Part shown: positions 58,601 through 64,000 of the stretch, piece by piece
How positions within the stretch are numbered: the first letter of the stretch is position 1
Layout: every line of letters begins with the position of its first letter
Assembly: GCA_021163105.1 (NCBI GenBank)
Contig: JAGGXJ010000074.1
Location: 520 to 64,519 of the forward strand
Length of the DNA stretch: 64,000 nucleotides
Direction: 5' to 3'
DNA from: Syntrophobacterales bacterium
Lineage (GTDB): Bacteria; Desulfobacterota; Syntrophia; Syntrophales; UBA2210
Translations under genes and position numbers: made by a program
The notes under the pieces: generated by a model
The model's database searches: none
Seen by the model: only the letters and a program-made list of their open reading frames with translations
Told to the model about the DNA's origin: nothing

Positions 58601-59720
58601 CGACGACTCACTCATCACATCCATGGCCCGGTTTATATATGAGAAATTCAACATCAACATACCGGCCACGGCATGGCCCACAGAAAGCATCCCGGATTAT
58701 TTGAAGATGCGCTTTTCTATCATGAACGAAAAGGGAGAGGAAATACGCTCCGGCCGCGATATCCGCTCGCTGCAGGAGAACATTCCTGATGACAGGTCAT
58801 CCCCGGCATTCAGAGCTGCAAAGAAAGAGTGGGAAAAAGAAGGAATAATTTCGTGGGATTTTGTGGATCTTCCTGAAAAAATTGTCCTGAAAGGCAAAGG
58901 CGGCCATGAGGGCCTGGTATATCCGGCGCTGAAAAAGAGCAAAGATGGCAGCATAAATATACGTCTTTTCAGAGACATGAAAAAGGCGGATATGGCACAC
59001 AGGGAAGGCATAGCCGCGCTCTACGAAATATACTTCAGAAAGGATATGAAATTCCTGAAAAAGTGCCTTGCCCTGCCGCAGGAGATAAGGAAGGGGGCAA
59101 TTTACTGCGGGGGAGTCAAACAGATAGAAAATGCCCTGTACCGAAAAACCATCCGCGGCATCTTTGAACGAAACATAAGAAAACGAGAGGAATTCCTCGA
59201 ATACGCGAAGTCCGCGGGTCGTAACATTCTCCTGGAAGGGCAAAAATTGTTGCGAGATGCCATACCGGTTGTCAAAATGCATGGAGAAATCAGAGAGATT
59301 CTTCACAGGCTGGAGACGGCAAACATTGCTAACAGAGCAGCGACCGATTTCATCGCCGGCCTCAGAAAAGATGTCAACCGGTTAATGCCGGAAAATTTCG
59401 TGGAAATCTACGAAGGAGAAAGGTTGTCTGATATACTGCGGTATTTTCGCGCCATTATGATTCGAGCCGAAAGAGGCATAGCACATCTGGAAAAGGATAC
59501 TGTAAAGGCGGGGAAACTCAGGTTCTTTGACGATAAACTGGGAAAAATGCTGAAAGAAACCGCATCTTCATCTGAAGAGAAGAAACAGGCCATGGAAAAA
59601 TACGCGTGGATGGTGGAAGAATACAGGATATCGGTCTTCGCACCGGAAATAAAAACCCGAGGCTCTGTATCTCCAAAGAAACTGAAAGAGAAAATAGCGA
59701 ATATTGAAAGGCAATGTTGA
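55662..59720 (+). CDS. hrpA: ATP-dependent RNA helicase HrpA (DEAH box)
   Basis: 1352 aa: GETGSGKTTQIP, DEAHERS, TSAT, TNVAETSITI, QRKGRCGR, plus HA2/OB and a long HrpA C-terminal region. The true start may be an internal Met. Confidence 0.9.
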   Translation: MVETEQSHLVCYYRKKMHKSPPNSITGQEFFNRKLATRNPKMVLSDIKSLQNRIRSGVRKALYPDRRLITGELRLINNAIKKGKDSEGALAKLRKLEKRLNLSIKKRSTRQNHLPEITYPGILPITQKKDEIIEAIRNHQVVVITGETGSGKTTQIPKMCIEAGRGIDGIIGCTQPRRIAAITVARRIANELKEDVGRSVGYKIRFKNITNKDIHIKLMTDGILLMETQSDPYLNRYDTLIIDEAHERSANIDFILGILKRLLSKRRDLKLIITSATIDPEKFSKAFNNAPIIEVSGRMYPVEVRYRPIDPETGEEGETSHVDAAVRAVGELSREKPGDILIFMPTQQDIVDTCAILTGDKNSDSVVLPLFGRLSSSQQQRVFARTRKRKIVVATNVAETSITIPDIGYVIDTGLARISEYNPGTRTRRLPVKVISRSNAIQRKGRCGRVQNGVCVRLYTKEDYEKRPLFTTPEILRSNLAEVILKMIALGMGNITSFPFIDSPSPGNIRDGFALLRELGATRSEGKKIFLTGRGTAMSRLPIDPRLSRMIIDAEKYGCIEEVIIIASALSIQDPRERPLEKEQEADRMHKPFINPASDFITLLNIWNRYHDIRKELKTQNRMRKFCKEHFLSYRRIREWRDVYEQISNILKETGHRKTKKTLEGESLYEGIHKAILGGYISSIGVKKEKNIYLMAKGKEVMIFPGSGLFNRGGDWIVSAEIVETSRVFARINAVINPEWLEEIGGTLCRRNYLEPHWEKNRGEVVANEQVKLYGLIIIPGRPVSYGRIDPVEATGIFIRSALVEGDIRTPLPFLIHNRNLIEEVTNMEDKIRRRNILANEDVLTEFYEKRVGIAYNIRTLKKLIKDRGTDDFLRMTREDIMKCHPEEELAMYPDEIILRDRALSCLYSFTPGKRDDGVTVQVPSDVASTLPLESADWQIPAFSREKITALIKGLPKEYRKKLVPIPQTVDTIIHNIKSSDDSLITSMARFIYEKFNINIPATAWPTESIPDYLKMRFSIMNEKGEEIRSGRDIRSLQENIPDDRSSPAFRAAKKEWEKEGIISWDFVDLPEKIVLKGKGGHEGLVYPALKKSKDGSINIRLFRDMKKADMAHREGIAALYEIYFRKDMKFLKKCLALPQEIRKGAIYCGGVKQIENALYRKTIRGIFERNIRKREEFLEYAKSAGRNILLEGQKLLRDAIPVVKMHGEIREILHRLETANIANRAATDFIAGLRKDVNRLMPENFVEIYEGERLSDILRYFRAIMIRAERGIAHLEKDTVKAGKLRFFDDKLGKMLKETASSSEEKKQAMEKYAWMVEEYRISVFAPEIKTRGSVSPKKLKEKIANIERQC

Positions 59721-59750
59721 ATTGTGAATGTTTGATGTTAAATTAACGTG

Positions 59751-59796
59751 ACTACTCAGGTTGTTTAGACTGTAGGCTGAAGGTATTTAGGTAACA
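59751..59796. repeat. dispersed intergenic repeat (AACTACTCAGGTTGTTTAGACTG family)
   Basis: actactcaggttgtttagactgtaggctgaaggtatttaggtaacaa aligns with 44320-44366. Confidence 0.75.
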
Positions 59797-59813
59797 AAAT
59801 ATCGCCGCCCTGG

Positions 59814-59953
59814 TTGACAGAAAGAGCGGAATGGGGTATCAGGACTGAAAAGCAGAAAATGGCTGCGGCGGTCGAAACCAGACTGCTGCAGACAAATAAG
59901 GTTATGCCAGGCAAACGCCATCCCGACCTTTACGGGGTGGTGTTTTTATTTTT
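59814..59953 (+). ncRNA. candidate ~100-nt leader RNA/sRNA: a promoter-like element plus an intrinsic terminator
   Basis: TTGACA (59814-59819), a 17-nt spacer, then TATCAG. The terminator is CCATCCCG-accttta-CGGGGTGG followed by TGTTTTTATTTTT (59918-59953). No riboswitch class recognised. Confidence 0.3.
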
Positions 59954-60118
59954 GTATACCTTAAAAGTGCTATTGAGGCGATCCCAAAACCTGACCTGGA
60001 TAAACCGGAGCTGAGATTAGAACCTGTCACCAAGTCACCAAGGAATTTTTCAATCTTTCTTTGGGGTAGGGCCTTCGCGGCAAGGAACCTTTACAACTAA
60101 GATACCAGGGAGTATCCC

Positions 60119-61759
60119 TTGATTACCAAAATTACCGTACTGGTTGTTTATTTTCTGATTGTTCTGTGTATCGGGCTGATTGCCCGGACCCGTTGGAAAT
60201 CATCGCCGGAAACGTATTTCCTGGCCAATCGCAAATTGGGAACAGTTGTCCTGCTGGGAACAATGGCGGCCACCAATTTTTCTGCTTTCACGGTTTTCGG
60301 CACCTCCGGGGCCGGATACCGGGACGGATATGCCTTTTTCCCCATTATGGCATTCGGTACCGGCTTTATGGCCCTGACTTTTTGGATTCTGGGCCGTAAG
60401 ATATGGCAGGTGGGCCAGGATCAAGGTATCGTTACGCCACCCGAACTGGTGCGAAAATTGTATCAAAGTCCTTTTTTATCCGTTCTGTTTGCCCTTATCA
60501 TGATTATTTTTACGATCCCTTACCTGGCGCTGCAACCTATGGCTGCGGGCTACGCTCTGGAGGAACTGGTGGGATTGCCCTACCTGTACGGGTGCGTACT
60601 GGTGACTGCCATTATTCTGCTGTATACGCTGCGTGGCGGATTGCGGGCCGTGGCCTGGACCGATCTGTTCCAGGGATTGCTCATGTTTTTTCTGCTGCTG
60701 GCGGCATTGATTATGGTGGCCCGTTTTCATGGCGGATTTATAGCGGCCAATCAAAAAGTGCTGGCATCTTTTCCCGAACTTTTTTCAAGACCGGGGGGCC
60801 AAGGGAAATTTACCTGCGGGATCTGGTTCAGCTATATTCTGCTCTGGTTTTTGTGCGACCCCATGTTCCCCCAGTTGTTCCAGCGTTTTTTTTCAGCCAA
60901 AAGCGAAAAAATCCTTTCGCGAATCATGTTTTTGTATCCCCTGGTCTGCACGGTTGTTTTTATCCTGCCCATTTCAGTGGGGATCCTGGGCCGGCTAACC
61001 TTTCCGGAACTTGTCGGCAAACAGGCCGATCGAATTCTGCCCATGGTTCTGACCCTGATTTCCGGAGACTTCATGGCGGCCCTTGTTATAGCGGCCGGTC
61101 TGGCAGCCCTCATGTCCACCATGGACTCTCAGCTTTTGACTTTAAGTTCGATTTTTACCCGGGATATTCTTCCCTTGGCAGGTAAGAGCAAAAACAAAAG
61201 CAAAGGCGGTGCCGCCGGTCGGATTTTTGTCATTTTTCTCAGCCTGGCAGGCCTGGCCCTGGCCTGGAAGCCGCCTGCAACGATTCTGCAGATTGCCACC
61301 CAGACCTTTACCGGGCTGGCGGTACTTTTCCCCACCGTTGTTTTCGGACTCTATTTAAAAAAAGTGTTTCCTCTGGCAGCCATTCTTTCGATTTTTATCG
61401 GCGAAGGTGCGCTGCTGGTCTTTTATTTTAAGCTGGTGCCTGCTGGTCCGTTCCTGCCGGTGATATGGGTGATGCTGGTTACTTTTACAGTCTATCTTAT
61501 CACCCATCTGGCACTGCTCTGGAAACAGAAAGCCTTGGTATTCCGAACTCCAGAATGGCTGCTGGACCCCTATTTCTACCTGATATCGTGTGTTTTTATC
61601 CTGGCCATGGATTTCTGGGCCTGGGGAAAGGTACATCCCATGTTTTGTGGTCTTCCAGGCTGGGCAGTCTATTTCATCATCCTGTCGGCAATCCAGACCC
61701 TTTTAATGGTTTTGATGGTACGCAGAACATACCAGCCCGGCTGCCGGGTTTTAGGCTAA
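60119..61759 (+). CDS. sodium:solute symporter (SSS) family transporter
   Basis: 546 aa, about 13-14 TM helices: YFLANRKLG, and TDLFQG after RGGLRAVAWTD. TTG start with GGGAG upstream. GC-rich, with long alternative-frame ORFs. Confidence 0.8.
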   Translation: MITKITVLVVYFLIVLCIGLIARTRWKSSPETYFLANRKLGTVVLLGTMAATNFSAFTVFGTSGAGYRDGYAFFPIMAFGTGFMALTFWILGRKIWQVGQDQGIVTPPELVRKLYQSPFLSVLFALIMIIFTIPYLALQPMAAGYALEELVGLPYLYGCVLVTAIILLYTLRGGLRAVAWTDLFQGLLMFFLLLAALIMVARFHGGFIAANQKVLASFPELFSRPGGQGKFTCGIWFSYILLWFLCDPMFPQLFQRFFSAKSEKILSRIMFLYPLVCTVVFILPISVGILGRLTFPELVGKQADRILPMVLTLISGDFMAALVIAAGLAALMSTMDSQLLTLSSIFTRDILPLAGKSKNKSKGGAAGRIFVIFLSLAGLALAWKPPATILQIATQTFTGLAVLFPTVVFGLYLKKVFPLAAILSIFIGEGALLVFYFKLVPAGPFLPVIWVMLVTFTVYLITHLALLWKQKALVFRTPEWLLDPYFYLISCVFILAMDFWAWGKVHPMFCGLPGWAVYFIILSAIQTLLMVLMVRRTYQPGCRVLG

Positions 61760-62010
61760 CCGGATGCCCTCTCAATTTTTTCGGGGGATGTGTCTGCGGG
61801 GTCATAGGCCCGGATGAAAGCATCCGGGGGCGGCCCCGCATGGAACATGCGAGAAACCAAAACTACAAAATGGCCGCGAGCGAAACGTGGCGGAAGGCGA
61901 CGTGGCAATCTATTATGATTATAGGGAGTTAGAGATTGCTTCGTCTACAATTATATCGGGACTCACGACAATGTGGGTATTATGCAAACGTCTCGAGTAG
62001 TCACCATTAT

Positions 62011-62650
62011 TTACGCGTAGGGAATCTTCAGCTTCTGACCAACATATATCCTGTTTCTGGACCTTATCCTGTTCACCTTCATCAGCGCTCTTATAGTGGT
62101 GCCATGCTTTATGGCTATACTCTCCAAATTATCCCCCCTCTTCACGACATATACCACCGGCACCATTGGCACAGAATCTGTGCCGGGTATTTTCAGTTTC
62201 TGGCCAACATATATCTTGTTTCTGGACCTTATCCTGTTCACCTTCATCAGCGCTCTTATAGTGGTGCCATGCTTTACGGCTATACTCTCCAAATTATCCT
62301 CCCGCTTCACAACATATACCACCGGCACCACCTTCTTGGGTTCGGAGAATAGTTTCAATTTCTGACCGACATATATACGGTTTTTAGACTTGAGGTTGTT
62401 GATCTTCATCAGAGCCTTCAGCGTCGTACCGTGCCTGCGGGCAATCCGCTCCAGTATATCCCCCCGTTTCACGACATATACCGATGGCACCACCTTCTTG
62501 GGTTCGGAGAATAGTTTCAATTTCTGACCGACATATATACGGTTTTTAGACTTGAGATTGTTGATCTTCATCAGGGTCTTCATCGTTGTGCCGTGCCTGA
62601 CCGCAATCCGTTCCAGTATATCTCCCTTTTTTACCTTGTACGTAACCCGG
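62011..62650. repeat. intragenic tandem duplications encoding the LysM modules
   Basis: Near-identical DNA blocks with a 165-bp period (62033 vs 62198) and a 162-bp period (62331 vs 62493). Confidence 0.85.
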
Positions 62651-63843
62651 GTTGCCGGTACGGAGGGAGAAGACACCTTCGGACTGGAGACCTTCTTAAC
62701 CCAGCTCCTGTCCGCGGCGTAGGGAAGCGGAATGAATTTATCAACAGCGTAGGCTATCGCCCAAGCAATATCAGTCTGATAGGAAGAACTCCGCAGCATG
62801 AGTTCCTCTCTCGAATTGCTTATAAAGGCGGTTTCTATTAGCACGGATGTGATATCGGGAAGTTTGAGAACCTTAAAAGGAGCTCTCTGTACCTTTGAAG
62901 ATTTTAAATGATTTATCTGTCCCATCTTTTTCAGGGCAATAACACCAAAAGCCCTGGAGCGGTTTATGGTTTCCGTCTGCAGCATATTGAGGGTTATCGG
63001 ATCAGACTCTCCGTTGTTATGTCCGTTCTGTGAACCACCCACGATATCCGACAGGTTCTCACTCTTCGCGAGCAGTTTTGCGGCCTCGCTGCTTGCCCCC
63101 CTGGTTGACAGATAATATACAGACGTTCCGTGAGCGCCTCTGCTTCTGCAGGCATCGGCGTGGATACTGATGAAAATATCGGCGCCGTATTCTCTGGCTA
63201 TCTTCCCCCTGTTTTTCAAAGATATAAAATAATCTCCCCTTCTCGTAAGAAAGGCCTCGTACCCCCTTTTTCTCAAGATCCTCTGCAACCTCTTCGATAT
63301 ACCAAGAACCACATTTTTCTCGAGCGTTCCCCTGCGGCCCACGGCGCCGGGATCTTCTCCACCATGCCCGGGATCAATAACCACAATCTTCTTTTCCAGC
63401 ACCTTGACCTGTTTCCGTTTATCGCTTTCCTTCTTCTTCACCTCCGGAAGCATAATGTCAATGACGATACGATATGGTTTTTTAAGTATTCTTTTAAGCT
63501 TAAATGCCTTCACCCCGACATTGTCCGCTACCTGCAATTCCACCCTGACACCCCCTTTGGGCAGAGAAGTTAAAAGAACCGTTTTGACCGCAGGTTTATC
63601 AATGTTGTACGTATGGGGAATCCCACCGGGCAGAACCGCGCCTTTCACGTCCACATATATTTTGTGTTCCTTCCTTGCAACAGTGTAGGATGCCTCACCA
63701 CTCACGTCTAAAACAACCCTCGTATGATCCGGAGCCGTCCAGTGCCTGACATGGAGTATAGCCAACGAACCGAATGCATCCTGGCAGATCACAATCATCA
63801 GAAGCAAGATTAAAAGAAAAACAATGCGGGATATCTTTTTCAT
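62011..63843 (-). CDS. N-acetylmuramoyl-L-alanine amidase (AMIN + Amidase_3 + 4 LysM)
   Basis: Signal peptide, an AMIN domain (RHWTAPDHTRVVLD), the catalytic VVIDPGHGGEDPGA...SIHADA, and four C-terminal LysM modules. Confidence 0.9.
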   Translation of the reverse strand: MKKISRIVFLLILLLMIVICQDAFGSLAILHVRHWTAPDHTRVVLDVSGEASYTVARKEHKIYVDVKGAVLPGGIPHTYNIDKPAVKTVLLTSLPKGGVRVELQVADNVGVKAFKLKRILKKPYRIVIDIMLPEVKKKESDKRKQVKVLEKKIVVIDPGHGGEDPGAVGRRGTLEKNVVLGISKRLQRILRKRGYEAFLTRRGDYFISLKNRGKIAREYGADIFISIHADACRSRGAHGTSVYYLSTRGASSEAAKLLAKSENLSDIVGGSQNGHNNGESDPITLNMLQTETINRSRAFGVIALKKMGQINHLKSSKVQRAPFKVLKLPDITSVLIETAFISNSREELMLRSSSYQTDIAWAIAYAVDKFIPLPYAADRSWVKKVSSPKVSSPSVPATRVTYKVKKGDILERIAVRHGTTMKTLMKINNLKSKNRIYVGQKLKLFSEPKKVVPSVYVVKRGDILERIARRHGTTLKALMKINNLKSKNRIYVGQKLKLFSEPKKVVPVVYVVKREDNLESIAVKHGTTIRALMKVNRIRSRNKIYVGQKLKIPGTDSVPMVPVVYVVKRGDNLESIAIKHGTTIRALMKVNRIRSRNRIYVGQKLKIPYA

Positions 63844-64000
63844 TACACTCCGGAACCTCTCCCATTTTCAGCCAAAAGTCTAACAGTTTTACCCTGAGTT
63901 TACAACCCTGCCCGAATTTCCTCTCAGAAAAGGTGTTGACAACCGTACACTCAAATGACATTTATACTGCAAGGAACTGCTGGGATAGTCTATGAAAATA

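Noticed and set aside
59975-60040. THI-box-like fragments (CCTGACCTGGATAAACCGG followed by GCTGAGA) upstream of the SSS transporter.
   Set aside because: The blocks are in the wrong order relative to a TPP aptamer, and the GGGGUGC/ACCC pairing partners are absent. This is probably chance similarity, though a covariance-model scan would settle it.
60403-61185. A 260-aa alternative-frame ORF inside the SSS transporter gene.
   Set aside because: It is Gly/Arg/Pro-rich, as is typical of an off-frame reading of a GC-rich membrane protein gene, and it has no independent start signals.
62011-62650. Regular ~160-bp repeats that superficially resemble an array.
   Set aside because: The period is far too long for CRISPR, there are no unique spacers, and the repeats are in frame and encode LysM modules.
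63844-64000. A promoter-like TTGACA and an ATG at 63991 that might start a plus-strand gene at the window edge.
   Set aside because: The spacing to the best -10 hexamer is poor, and only three codons fall in the window, so it cannot be supported.

Overview
This 64-kb chromosomal window comes from a moderately AT-rich bacterium. The gene content hints at an anaerobic Desulfobacterota/deltaproteobacteria-like lineage: a DUF39 homocysteine route, an iron-sulfur flavoprotein, Crp/Fnr and pilMNOPQ. That placement cannot be proven from the sequence alone.

Most of the window is core genome:
- thiolase (5' part), a TrmO-like gene, and a Crp/Fnr regulator divergent from a Nox/CoADR-type flavoprotein plus an iron-sulfur flavoprotein (Isf)
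- bipA, then prmC-murA-hisD
- tRNA-Gly(CCC) followed by rimP-nusA-infB-rbfA-nrnA-truB-rpsO-pnp-dut
- a DUF39 gene and ftsB-pilMNOPQ
- queF/yhhQ, a TPR protein, an M24 peptidase and a GGDEF cyclase
- a thiamine salvage operon behind a clear TPP riboswitch
- ade, RNase E/G, tsaC, murJ, hrpA, an SSS transporter and an AMIN/LysM amidase

Regions worth a second look:
1. An AT-rich enzyme island at about 7.1-14.2 kb. It holds an Fmt-like formyltransferase, a YkgJ Cys-cluster protein, a TRAM-less MTTase-like radical SAM enzyme, a FemAB/GNAT-like protein, an HD hydrolase, a DegT-like aminotransferase and an Asp/Glu racemase. I cannot assign it to any described pathway.
2. A divergent pair of a GGDEF cyclase and a patatin-like lipase.
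3. An atypical HAD-like gene at the end of the TPK-containing thiamine operon.
4. Several dispersed intergenic repeat families. One ~95-120 bp inverted pair brackets the DUF39-ftsB-pilMNOPQ block and carries a nested palindromic element.
5. Two GC-rich, compositionally foreign genes: an Ig-repeat lipoprotein and an SSS transporter preceded by a promoter-plus-terminator leader.

I found no CRISPR array, rRNA, transposase, integrase or recognised defence system. All motif calls, alignments and GC spot counts were done by eye from the sequence. No database search was run.
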